DNA of 64,000 bases from NCBI RefSeq assembly GCF_056746865.1, contig NZ_CM163382.1; one strand, written 5' to 3'. The notes below the pieces were generated by a model. It worked only from the letters and a program-made list of their open reading frames with translations, was not told the origin of the DNA and did not search any database. Shown here one piece after another: positions 9,691-19,436 of this stretch; the stretch's first letter is position 1; every line of letters starts with the position of its first letter. The position numbers and the translations under genes were made by a program.

Positions 9691-9960
9691 TCCGGAATGA
9701 CGAGGTTATCTTTGCGGAGATTAAGGCAATGGTATACGGGCCGACGTTCCATGCCGCGTTACTACATTCAGCCCGGACGTAAAATGCGCCCGTCAAAAAG
9801 AACGGTTCGCTTCGAAACTCAGCCAGGATACCACCTCTCCGCCACACCCGGGAAGAAGTTGATATGGTGGTTGCCGGACAACAGCGCTCCTGGATTGACT
9901 GCTGCATCACTCAACCACGCTGAATATCAAAGGAGAGCGTTACCGGTTAAAAGAGAAACG
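9683..9960 (+). pseudogene. IS21 istA remnant, 3' piece (frameshifted, truncated)
   Basis: Encodes NVRNDEVIFAEIKAM and, in a second frame, RYYIQPGRKMRPSKRTVRFETQPGY, matching IS21 IstA residues ~85-150. No intact ORF. Confidence 0.6.
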
Positions 9961-11466
9961 TAAAGCTGTGGTGATGACCCAAAACGCAACGCCTGTCAGT
10001 GAGGATGAAATGGTGAAAAGCGGACAGCATCAGTAACGGAAGTATCTTAGCGGGTACGAAAATGGCAGGATCGTGACATTGACAGAATATCTCCTGATCA
10101 TCCTGAATGACTGCAGTTGCTGTAGAAAAGTAAGCTGTCTCCACCCACGGCACCACTTAACAGGCATTCCGTAACTTCCCCCAGACTTACTATGACGCAT
10201 TATCGGTGCACTGAAAACGGGAGAGTGCGCTTAAAACCGCAGACCGCATGCGGGTGTTACTGCATGACAGTCTGGCCGTATTGTGAGATGTCGGCAGGAA
10301 CCGATGTCCGCGCAGGGGGGAACTTCCTGCAGTACCTGACGCTTCAAATGGTATTAACCGTAGGGTGTTGTTGGTTCCGGATCGCGGAAATGGGAGCACA
10401 GGTCTGCTACGGGGTGTACCTCTGACAGTATATCCGGCTCGCTCATCTGACAGCCTCTCTCCCGGAAAAGACCAAAAATGAGATCGTCTCCTCAACAGCA
10501 GAGAAGAGGTCTTGACAGACAGGCTATATTGCATACGATTTATGAAGAAAAAGACAGCAAATATGGAGGTTATAGCGGAGAATACCCTACGAAATTCCTA
10601 TGAAAAACGATTGAAAAAAATATCAAATTCGATTCGTTTTTATATGCTTTTTGGGAGCGTGGCGATGACGAACTGTTGCATGTGCAGAGGAGAATGCACC
10701 CGGAAGCACCAGAATCATCCAGAAAGGCAGAACGATTACGCATCAAACCAGGAGACAGCAATATCAAGGTAATATACTGATTTAAAATGAATTTACAGCA
10801 ATACGTGAAAACATTTTTTACTTAAAGGAGACAGATGCGCTGAAGAGAGTGCAAGTATTTTTATATAAAAATGAGAAGTTTACGGGATGTATATCCGGCA
10901 CACTATGACCGGAGAATATCAGTCAAGCTTAAAAAGACAATAAATACAGTGAGTTAAATACACAGAGAAAACGTAGTATCAGAGGGTACATCTTACAACA
11001 GAGACTGAATTTCCGGTTTTTCATAACCGGCGCATTCCGGAAAGTGCAGGCGGCCCGGAGGTTTTCTGACGCCACTACCTGGTAGATTGTTCTGTACATC
11101 ATGTACGGAGGTTTTTGTTTGCTTTTTTAAAATCTGCAAATGTGAGAAAAGCAGGTGAGGTGTATTGTGGGAAAGGAACTGGATGATATCTGCACCAGCT
11201 GTCCGTATATCGATGCTGTAAAACGGCACAAACAACAGCTCGGTGCCATAGAGGAATATACACAGTGGTTAAAAAAAGAACCACGGGCATCTTATTTTTT
11301 TCTGTTCCAGCTGTATACCCGCATTCACAATACATTTTTCTCCCAAAAGCAACAACTCCCGTTCACTCCCGGTGGCACTCACTGCCCGGAACCTGATGTC
11401 ACCCTTCGGGACTTAACGCTTTCCCCTGGCTACCACAGTGATTATGCCCCTCAACCCATTCCGGAG

Positions 11467-12318
11467 ATGGACAGTTCTGCTGTTGTTCCCCCAACTAATG
11501 AAAACACCTCGCCTCCGGAAGATACTCCCGACAACACTCCGGCCGGAGGCAATACCGGACAAGCGGAAAAGACCAGAAACGCAGGACTCACACCCATTCC
11601 TGAAAAACGTTCAGGAATGCCCCCGGAACATCTGCGGTTTGCCACGGGGTTTCCATCGCAACCGAAGATTGCCGGTCCCAGAGAAAAGCCGATGCGCACC
11701 GTGCATCCGGATAAAATCTACCGTGAAATTATATGGTTCTGCTCCAGTTACCTGCTGAAATCCGGACCAGAGGCTACGAGGACGATTATCAACTCAGTAT
11801 TCTCTGAATGGGCCAGCATAAACAATGATTACCCCTCCCCCTTTTCGTGGGTGGACAGCAGGGACAGTGAACAGTGTGACTGGTTATGGAACGCCATGCA
11901 GGTCCGGTGTGTGGGAACCCCGCTGAATCCCCTTACCCCGGAGCAGAAATACTGGTTTGCCTGCGCCACGTTTGATAACTGGGAGGGCTGGAATGAGCAA
12001 CAGGTACAGTTTTTACTGGAAAGTAATCCCAGACGGAACAGAGCGAAGTTTACGCAGGTCTCCTTCCAGGCCCCCAGGATTCAGCATAAAGCGATTCTTC
12101 TTGATGAGCTGAAAAGTGCCCGGGAGCAACAAAAAAGGCGTGATGAACGTGCTGATGGTTCCGTCCCTCTGAAACTGTCCGGAAAAATCCACAAACAGCT
12201 TGAAAGTATTGCCCGAAGTCGTGGTGTCCTCCCAAAAAAACTGCTGAATGAAATGATTGAGCAGGCGTACCATGATTTGGTGGCAACCAGGCAGAACAGC
12301 CAAATCGATTCCAGATAA
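11467..12318 (+). CDS. hypothetical protein (Pro/Thr-rich N-terminal region; C-terminal region with ribbon-helix-helix-like segment)
   Basis: ORF 11155..12318 with no ATG before 11467. GGAG precedes ATG 11467. No family recognised. Confidence 0.3.
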   Translation: MDSSAVVPPTNENTSPPEDTPDNTPAGGNTGQAEKTRNAGLTPIPEKRSGMPPEHLRFATGFPSQPKIAGPREKPMRTVHPDKIYREIIWFCSSYLLKSGPEATRTIINSVFSEWASINNDYPSPFSWVDSRDSEQCDWLWNAMQVRCVGTPLNPLTPEQKYWFACATFDNWEGWNEQQVQFLLESNPRRNRAKFTQVSFQAPRIQHKAILLDELKSAREQQKRRDERADGSVPLKLSGKIHKQLESIARSRGVLPKKLLNEMIEQAYHDLVATRQNSQIDSR

Positions 12319-12401
12319 TTTCAGACAGATATTATTTCCGTGAATCCCCCGCCACCTTTCCGGTGCGCGGGGTTTTGTCTTTTTTCACCGGGAATACATG
12401 T

Positions 12402-12637
12402 ATGAATCCGTCTGATGCCATTGAGGCAATTGAAAAACCGCTCTCCTCCCTGCCTTACTCACTTTCCCGTCACATCCTGGAACATCTGCGCAAACTCACC
12501 AGTCACGAACCCGTGCCTGGCATTATGGGTAAAAGCGGGGCCGGTAAATCCTCACTCTGTAATGCGCTGTTTCAGGGGGAGGTCACCCCGGTCAGTGATG
12601 TTCACGCCGGCCCCCGGGAAGTGCAGCGCTTCCGTCT
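12402..12637 (+). pseudogene. YeeP/YfjP-like small GTPase gene, N-terminal part (interrupted by IS21-family element)
   Basis: P-loop GKSGAGKSS, then ...REVQRFRL at the insertion junction. Confidence 0.7.
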
Positions 12638-12839
12638 TGCAAAATGGCATCTGAATCGATCGCAGTTTGGCATTCGAATCGATCATGATTTGGCATCCAT
12701 CTCCGATCACAGTTTGGCATCACAATCGATCACGATTTGGCATGCTTCCGATCATTGATTGGCATCCTGCCAGTCACTCCGGGAATTAACTCTTTTCACC
12801 ACAGTCTCCATTGCCGTGTTTAAACCAGTGGAGACGTCA

Positions 12840-14405
12840 ATGTCCAGAAAGAGAAAATCCAGGAGCACTATGGAAACCTGTTTTAAGATTCTTCAGCTCA
12901 AGTTCGACAAGAAGCTGACTAACCGTTGTATCGGACTGACGTTACACATCAGCGCCTCAACCGTTTTTGAGGTTCTTGCCCGCTTCAAAGCCTCTTCTCT
13001 GTCATGGCCATTACCTGCTGATATATCCCATGACACGCTGGAGAAACTCATTTTTCCGCCCAAAGACACCTTTGCATCAGAGCTTGTAATGCCTGACATG
13101 TTGTACCTCGATACGGAAATGAGAAAACCAGGTGTGACGCGGCAACTGTTGTGGATGGAATACAAGGCACAGGCGGGTAACAAAGCGATGGGATACTCGC
13201 ACTTCTGCCGTTGCTACCGGGAGTGGAAAAAAACGCGACGTCTCTCCATGCGCCAGGAGCATCGTGCCGGCGAAAAGCTTTTTATCGACTTCTGTGGTCC
13301 TACGGTTCCTGTTATTAATCCGGACACCGGTGAGATACGCCGCGTGGCAATCTTCGTGGCCGTAATGGGGGCGTCCAACTATACCTACGTTGAAGCGTGC
13401 GAAGGTCAGGACATGATGTCATGGTTAAATGCCCACAGCCGTTGCCTGACCTTCCTGGGCGGCGTACCGAAGCTGCTCATCCCCGATAACCTCAGAAGCG
13501 CAGTGAAAAAGGCCGATCGATATGAGCCTGTCATCAACGACAGTTATCAGGCACTGGCTGAGCACTATGGCACGGTTATCATCCCGGCCCGACCACGCAA
13601 ACCTAAAGATAAACCAAAAGCAGAAAACGGCGTCCTCATCGTCGAACGATGGCTTCTTGCCCGCATCCGTAATGAAACCTTCCACACGCTCAGGGCGCTG
13701 AATGCGCGCCTTAGGGAGTTACTGACAGACATGAATAACCGGCCAATGAAGGGGTACGGCAATCAAACCCGTGCAGAACGCTTCCGCATACTGGATGCGC
13801 CAGCACTCTCTCCGCTGCCTCTGGCACCTTATGAATACACGGAATACAAAGCTGTGAAGGTTGGCCCTGACTACCACGTTGAATATGCCCGTCACTGGTA
13901 CTCCGTTCCACACGAACTGGTCGGTCAGCGTCTGTCACTGAAGGCGGGGCAGTCGGTGGTACAGCTCTGGCACAAGGGGCAGTGTGTGGCGCAACATCCG
14001 CGCAGCACACATGAATATAAACACACAACCAATCCGCTTCACATGCCAGAGCGCCACCGGCAGCACGGGACATGGACACCGGAACGCCTGATCGAGCAGG
14101 GAAAACGTACGGGCCCGTCCACAGGCCGGGTGGTTGAATCCATGCTGAAGGCAAAACCCCATCCGGAACTGGCTTATCGTGCAGTTCTGGGGCTGCTGGC
14201 ACTTCAGAAAAAATACGGCCCGGAACGGCTGGAAAAGGCCTGTTACGTTGCCCTGCACTATAACGCCCCTGACAGACGCTTTATCGACAATCTGCTGCGT
14301 CACCATCGGGAGAACCTGGAGCTTCCATTATCCCGCCAGGGCGAACAACATCCGGCATATGCTTCAGAGCATGAAAACCTGCGTGGTCCGGGCTACTACC
14401 ACTGA
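12840..14405 (+). CDS. istA: IS21-family transposase IstA
   Basis: Long ORF with GGAG ribosome-binding site before ATG 12840; lies between IS21-type ends, directly upstream of an IstB-like gene. Confidence 0.7.
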   Translation: MSRKRKSRSTMETCFKILQLKFDKKLTNRCIGLTLHISASTVFEVLARFKASSLSWPLPADISHDTLEKLIFPPKDTFASELVMPDMLYLDTEMRKPGVTRQLLWMEYKAQAGNKAMGYSHFCRCYREWKKTRRLSMRQEHRAGEKLFIDFCGPTVPVINPDTGEIRRVAIFVAVMGASNYTYVEACEGQDMMSWLNAHSRCLTFLGGVPKLLIPDNLRSAVKKADRYEPVINDSYQALAEHYGTVIIPARPRKPKDKPKAENGVLIVERWLLARIRNETFHTLRALNARLRELLTDMNNRPMKGYGNQTRAERFRILDAPALSPLPLAPYEYTEYKAVKVGPDYHVEYARHWYSVPHELVGQRLSLKAGQSVVQLWHKGQCVAQHPRSTHEYKHTTNPLHMPERHRQHGTWTPERLIEQGKRTGPSTGRVVESMLKAKPHPELAYRAVLGLLALQKKYGPERLEKACYVALHYNAPDRRFIDNLLRHHRENLELPLSRQGEQHPAYASEHENLRGPGYYH

Positions 14406-14421
14406 CAGAAGGAACAACAGT

Positions 14422-15177
14422 ATGAGTGATAACCTGTTAAACAAACTGACCCAACTGAAACTCCCGGCGATGGCCGGGAGCCTGATACGGCAGCGGGAAA
14501 CGCCTCAGACCTACGACGAACTGTCGTTCGAGGAAAGGCTGACGCTGCTGGTTGATGACGAGCTTCTGAGCAGGGAAAACAGCCGTGTGGCACGGTTGAG
14601 AAAAAATGCCGGCCTGAAATACCAGGCAACACCGGAAGGGCTGCGCTATCCGGCCTCAAGAGGTCTGCGGGCTGAACAGATGAGAGAACTGCTGAACGGC
14701 CACTACATAACCCACAGGAAAAACCTGCTGATAACCGGTCCGACAGGATGTGGCAAGAGCTGGATAGCCAATGCGCTGGGCGAACAGGCATGTCGACAGA
14801 AACACAGCGTCCGGTACTGTAGAACCGGGCGATTACTGGAACAACTGGCTCAGGGACGTGTTGATGGCAGCTGGCTGAAATATCTGAAACAGTTGCAAAA
14901 AATACAGGTTCTAATCCTGGACGATCTGGGGCTGGAACAGTTAAGTAACGCCCAGTGTAATGACCTTCTGGAGCTCATAGAGGATCGTTACGGACAAAGC
15001 AGCACGATAGTGGTAAGCCAGTTCCCGGTAGATAAATGGCATGGTCTGATGGAGAACCCAACAACAGCAGATGCCATCCTGGACAGACTGGTACATAACT
15101 CACACCGGGTGGTCCTTCAGGGAGAGTCACTGAGGAAAAATCCCCCGGTAGTGGAAAGCAGCGAAAAAACGCGTTAA
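14422..15177 (+). CDS. istB: IS21-family helper ATPase IstB
   Basis: Walker A LITGPTGCGKS and Walker B VLILDDLG motifs; ATG 14422 with AGGAA upstream. Confidence 0.85.
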   Translation: MSDNLLNKLTQLKLPAMAGSLIRQRETPQTYDELSFEERLTLLVDDELLSRENSRVARLRKNAGLKYQATPEGLRYPASRGLRAEQMRELLNGHYITHRKNLLITGPTGCGKSWIANALGEQACRQKHSVRYCRTGRLLEQLAQGRVDGSWLKYLKQLQKIQVLILDDLGLEQLSNAQCNDLLELIEDRYGQSSTIVVSQFPVDKWHGLMENPTTADAILDRLVHNSHRVVLQGESLRKNPPVVESSEKTR

Positions 15178-15276
15178 AAAGCGGTAGAAAAAGTTAAGTT
15201 CCCGGTTGATCGAATGGATGCGAATCGCTGATCGGACTTCGATGCCAATCCGTGATCGAATAGAGCGGAATACGCA

Positions 15277-15920
15277 TCCGTCTGAATGGCCATGGTCACA
15301 GCATGGTTATCACTGACCTGCCCGGGGTGGGCGAGAGCCGGGACAGGGATGCAGAGTATGAAGCCCTGTACCGTGACATTCTGCTCGAACTGGACCTGGT
15401 ACTGTGGCTGATTAAAGCCGATGACCGTGCCCTGTCTGTGGATGAGTATTTCTGGCGACACATCCTGCACCGGGGACATCAGCGGGTACTGTTTGTGGTG
15501 ATGCAGGCCGATAAAACGGAGCCCTGCCATGAATGGGATATGGCCGGTATTCAGCCTTCTCCCGCACAGGCACAGAACATTCGCGAAAAAACGGAGGCGG
15601 TATTCCGTCTGTTCCGGCCCGTACATCGGGTTGTTGCCGTATCGGCCCGCACCGGCTGGGAACTGGATACGCTGGTCAGTGCGCTCATGACAGCACTTCC
15701 CGACCATGCCGCCAGTCCCCTGATGACCCGCCTGCAGGACGAGCTGCGCACGGAGTCTGTCCGGTCTCAGGCCCGTGAACAGTTTACCGGTGCGGTGGAC
15801 CGGATATTTGACACGGCGGAGAGCGTCTGCATTGCCTCTGTTGCACGCACGGTTCTGCGCGCCGTCCGTGACTCGGTGGTCTCTGTTGCCCGCGCGGTAT
15901 GGAACTGGATTTTCTTCTGA
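15277..15920 (+). pseudogene. YeeP/YfjP-like small GTPase gene, C-terminal part
   Basis: Continues the split GTPase: G3 motif DLPGVGES, then LVLWLIKADDR and VLFVVMQADK. Confidence 0.7.
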
Positions 15921-16040
15921 ACCCGGTGGTGATGTACCAGGCTGTTGTTACAGATTTTTAACTCCATGAAAACACTATGCAAACGCAGCCATACCCGGGT
16001 TGTCCCCTTGCGTTGTGTTTCTCAAGTTAATAGAATACAT

Positions 16041-16077
16041 CGATCGTTACTATCATATCGATCGTTATAAACGATCG
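16041..16077 (+). promoter_or_regulatory. cluster of three GATC (Dam) sites embedded in repeated CGATCGTT motifs, 60 bp upstream of the dynamin-like gene
   Basis: GATC at 16060-16063 and 16073-16076, with a third at about 16042; each inside a cgatcg palindrome (catcgatcgttact...atcgatcgttataaacgatcgttt). Confidence 0.5.
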
Positions 16078-16137
16078 TTTGTAGTAAATGACCTCCTCCG
16101 TGGTTGTCATGAAAATGCGTCTTAGGAAGGTTAAATA

Positions 16138-18534
16138 ATGCACGAAAAGAACATCGCCCTGCTTTGTGATGAAGCCGACCGACTTTTGCAACTGAACATT
16201 AATCTGCTCCGGCAAATGGTTGAGGAGCCAGATGTGTTATCTGACAGTAAGAACGAAAACAGACTGCTTTTTGATAAACAGAAAGCACTGAAAAGAATTG
16301 AGGAGCTGGAGGGCGAACAAATCAAAACCGCCCGCAGGGAGATGGTGCTGGCTGTTGTCGGCACGATGAAAGCAGGCAAATCAACCACCATCAACGCCAT
16401 TGTGGGGCAGGAAATTCTGCCTAACCGTAACCGCCCCATGACCTCTGTACCGACGCTCATCCGCCACGTTCCCGGAAAAACTGAGCCGGTTCTCCATCTG
16501 GAACATATTCAGCCTGTCCGCAATTTATTAATCACACTGCAGGAAAAACTCGCCACCCCGGCAGGACAGCAGGTCGCACAGACCCTGCAGCAAACCGGGG
16601 ATACCCGCGAACTGCTGGATATTCTGACGGATGATGGCTGGCTCAAAAATGAATACCACGGGGAGGAGGAAATCTTTACCGGACTGGCATCGTTAAACGA
16701 TCTGGTTCGTCTTGCTGCGGCAATGGGGACTGAATTTCCTTTTGATGAATACGCAGAAGTGCAGAAACTGCCGGTGATCGACGTGGAATTCAGCCATCTG
16801 GTGGGGATGGATGCATGCCAGGGAACACTCACACTGCTGGATACCCCCGGCCCTAATGAGGCCGGACAACCGCAGATGGAAGTGATGATGCGGGATCAAC
16901 TGCAGAAAGCCTCTGCGGTTCTGGCTGTGATGGATTACACCCAGATGAACTCAAAAGCGGATGAAGACGTCCGTAAAGAGCTTAATGCCATTGCTGACGT
17001 ATCAGCCGGCCGCCTGTTTGTACTGGTCAATAAATTTGATGAGAAAGACCGCAATGGCGATGGGGCAGATGCCGTACGCCAGAAAGTTCCGGCAATGCTG
17101 AACAGCGATGTGCTGCCCGCCTCCCGCGTTTATCCCGGATCCTCACGCCAGGCATACCTGGCTAACCGTGCGCTTCATGAGTTACGGAAAAACGGAACCC
17201 TTCCTGTTGATGAAGCCTGGGTCGATGATTTTATCAGAGGTGCCTTCGGTTGCATGAAAAAAGAATACGTCTGTAAAGACAGTGAACTGGCAACTGAAGG
17301 GGCGACAGACCTGTGGGAAGGCTCACTTATCGATCAACTGATAACGGAAGTCATACAGAGCTCACATTCCAGAGCTGCGGCACTGGCGGTTGACTCTGCC
17401 GCCGCAAAACTGATGCAGAATGCAGAAAATATCAGTGAATACCTGTTGTTACGCCATCAGGGGCTACAGCAAAGCATTCAGTCACTGCAGTCGCATATCA
17501 CCAGCCTGCTTGCGGATATCCGGGAAATCGCGGACTGTCAGGAGCAGATGACCACTGATGTCAGAATGGCCATGGAGGAGATCGATACTAAAACCCGGGA
17601 ATTACTGACGGGGGTCTGCACCTCACTGGAAGAGGAGCTGAATGACTATTTCAGAAGCGGTAAACGCAAAGAACAGCAAATGCTGGAGGAAGAAGACGCA
17701 GAACAACGAAGGTCTCAGTCCGGATTATGGGGGAAAATTTCTCAATGGTCCGGTATCAACAACCAGGGCCGGGAGGATTACAGGAAACGAGATTTTGCCC
17801 CGGACAGCCCCGAAATAAAATTCAGTGATCGCAGGGAAGCCCTTGAACTGATGACGCAAATCGAATCGACCGTGACCAGCCTGCACCGTGAGGCTGAAGC
17901 ACAGTTCCGGCCTGAGCTGGAGAAAATCGTCAGCGGGATTGAAACAGGTTTTCGTGGCACGGCCCTGTACGCCACAGAAAACATTGCCGGTCGCATCAAT
18001 GCCCGCCTGGAGGATGAGGGCTTTACCGTAAAAATCAGTTTTCCGGCAGTCAGCCAGTTACAGACCCGGCTCGCGGTAAAAATAAATCTGAGTGCGCTTA
18101 TGGAGGAAAGAACGGAGACCGTCACCCGTCGCCGTCGGCAGAGTGGCGTATGGGGAACCGTTTGTCGATGGTTTGGCACCAGTGACCTGGGCTGGGAAAA
18201 CTATGACGAGGATGTGAGTCGCAGCGTGATCAATATCAACAAGGTCAGAGAGGAAGTTATGTCACTGACCCGGGCATATTTCGGGGAGCTGCAGGCATCC
18301 ATTGAGCAGGATATTAACCAGCCCGTCCGCCAGGAAATCGATGCCTTTTTCTGCGCATTCAGGGAGAAAGTTGAACAACTGCGTAACACGCTGATTCAGA
18401 GCTCTGAAGATCATAAACGCGATCAGCAGGCGCAGGAACGGCTTACCGGGCGACTTCAGGCATTAAATGAAAGGGTTCCTGAGCTCATTACTGACAGTAA
18501 GGCGCTGAGGGAAGAGCTGGAGACAATGCTGTGA
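16138..18534 (+). CDS. dynamin-like GTPase, CrfC/YjdA-like (798 aa)
   Basis: G1 P-loop GTMKAGKST, G2 Thr in MTSVPT, G3 DTPG, G4 NKFD, in dynamin order, followed by a long helical region. N-terminal block MVLAVVGTMKAGKSTTINAIVGQEILPNRNRPMT closely matches recalled E. coli CrfC. AGGAAGG ribosome-binding site. Confidence 0.85.
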   Translation: MHEKNIALLCDEADRLLQLNINLLRQMVEEPDVLSDSKNENRLLFDKQKALKRIEELEGEQIKTARREMVLAVVGTMKAGKSTTINAIVGQEILPNRNRPMTSVPTLIRHVPGKTEPVLHLEHIQPVRNLLITLQEKLATPAGQQVAQTLQQTGDTRELLDILTDDGWLKNEYHGEEEIFTGLASLNDLVRLAAAMGTEFPFDEYAEVQKLPVIDVEFSHLVGMDACQGTLTLLDTPGPNEAGQPQMEVMMRDQLQKASAVLAVMDYTQMNSKADEDVRKELNAIADVSAGRLFVLVNKFDEKDRNGDGADAVRQKVPAMLNSDVLPASRVYPGSSRQAYLANRALHELRKNGTLPVDEAWVDDFIRGAFGCMKKEYVCKDSELATEGATDLWEGSLIDQLITEVIQSSHSRAAALAVDSAAAKLMQNAENISEYLLLRHQGLQQSIQSLQSHITSLLADIREIADCQEQMTTDVRMAMEEIDTKTRELLTGVCTSLEEELNDYFRSGKRKEQQMLEEEDAEQRRSQSGLWGKISQWSGINNQGREDYRKRDFAPDSPEIKFSDRREALELMTQIESTVTSLHREAEAQFRPELEKIVSGIETGFRGTALYATENIAGRINARLEDEGFTVKISFPAVSQLQTRLAVKINLSALMEERTETVTRRRRQSGVWGTVCRWFGTSDLGWENYDEDVSRSVININKVREEVMSLTRAYFGELQASIEQDINQPVRQEIDAFFCAFREKVEQLRNTLIQSSEDHKRDQQAQERLTGRLQALNERVPELITDSKALREELETML

Positions 18535-19436
18535 CTTCACCATTTATTCAACAAATTGCTGATAACCGGGTATGTCAGGTACTCACCTGTCTTCCTGAAA
18601 AATTTGTGGTTGATTTCGCAAACGGAATCGATGTTGCACAGGAGCATATCCGCACGGCCGGAGAGCGCACGTTCTTCCGGCGTTTAAAAGAGGGGCTGAC
18701 CGGCGAAGGCGCTGCACGGCAGAATGCCATCAATGCGTCGCTTGCACAGGGCGTTGAGGCGTCCCTGCGCTGGCTGACGGAGATGACAACGTCACTTGCC
18801 ACCACAAACTACGCGATTACCCGGGTAAACGACAGGGTCAGTTCACTGGTCAGTGATACAGCCAGGCTGGCGCATTATTCCGCAGATACGCGGGAGCAGT
18901 TACTCACCCTGGCCGATCAGGTTCACCATAAACTGAATCATCTTGAAGAAAAACTCCACCGTGTTGACCAGGTTCAGCGGGCGCAGTTACATCTTGAGCA
19001 GATATTCTCATGGTGGAGCGCCGGGCGATATGCGTCATTTTCCCCTGCCGGACGTTGTTATGTGGCACTTGAAGAGCTTCGCTGGGGCGCGTTTGGTGAT
19101 GTGATACGTCAGAGCGAAACAGGCCAGGTTAACCAGCTACTGGATATTCTCAGACATAAAGCATTAACGCAGATGGCACAGGAGAGTGGCGGTAGTGCAA
19201 CCGTGCGTCTGAACACTCTGGACTGGCTTGGTGGTCAGGGCCGGGAGCAGGCAGATAACGAGTGGCATGACGCGATTAACTGGCTGGGAGACTGGTGCAG
19301 TGAAGAGCAGCATCCGGTGATCTGGTCAACCACGCAGGCTGCAGAACACTTACCGGTTCGCATGCCTCGCCTCTGCTCTGCAGAACGCCTCTCTGAAAGT
19401 ATGGTCGATGAAATATTTCAGAAGGGGGCTGCATGA
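18531..19436 (+). CDS. YjcZ-like partner protein of the dynamin-like GTPase (301 aa)
   Basis: GTG start overlaps the upstream stop (ctGTGA); GGAG 10 bp upstream. Size and position mirror the crfC-yjcZ pair; family assignment not verified. Confidence 0.55.
   Translation: MTSPFIQQIADNRVCQVLTCLPEKFVVDFANGIDVAQEHIRTAGERTFFRRLKEGLTGEGAARQNAINASLAQGVEASLRWLTEMTTSLATTNYAITRVNDRVSSLVSDTARLAHYSADTREQLLTLADQVHHKLNHLEEKLHRVDQVQRAQLHLEQIFSWWSAGRYASFSPAGRCYVALEELRWGAFGDVIRQSETGQVNQLLDILRHKALTQMAQESGGSATVRLNTLDWLGGQGREQADNEWHDAINWLGDWCSEEQHPVIWSTTQAAEHLPVRMPRLCSAERLSESMVDEIFQKGAA

Larger units (their letters stand above)
12638..15276 (+). mobile_element. IS21-family insertion sequence (istA-istB) with multiple tttggcat terminal repeats
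   Basis: Direct repeat tccgtct at 12631-12637 and 15277-15283. Removing 12638-15276 restores an in-frame GTPase sequence QRFRLNGHGHSMVITDLPG. TG..CA termini and reiterated ttggcat motifs at both ends. Confidence 0.8.

Noticed and set aside
10190-10772. ORFs 10190..10534 (minus) and 10512..10772 (plus)
   Set aside because: Arg/Ser-rich low-complexity translations, no ribosome-binding site, no motif; treated as non-coding.
12638-12760. Array of reiterated ttggcat-containing short repeats (and a mirror array at 15190-15276) that looks like a tandem-repeat or CRISPR-like locus
   Set aside because: Repeats are irregular, lack uniform spacers and sit exactly at the two ends of an istA-istB element; they are the multiple terminal repeats typical of IS21-family elements.
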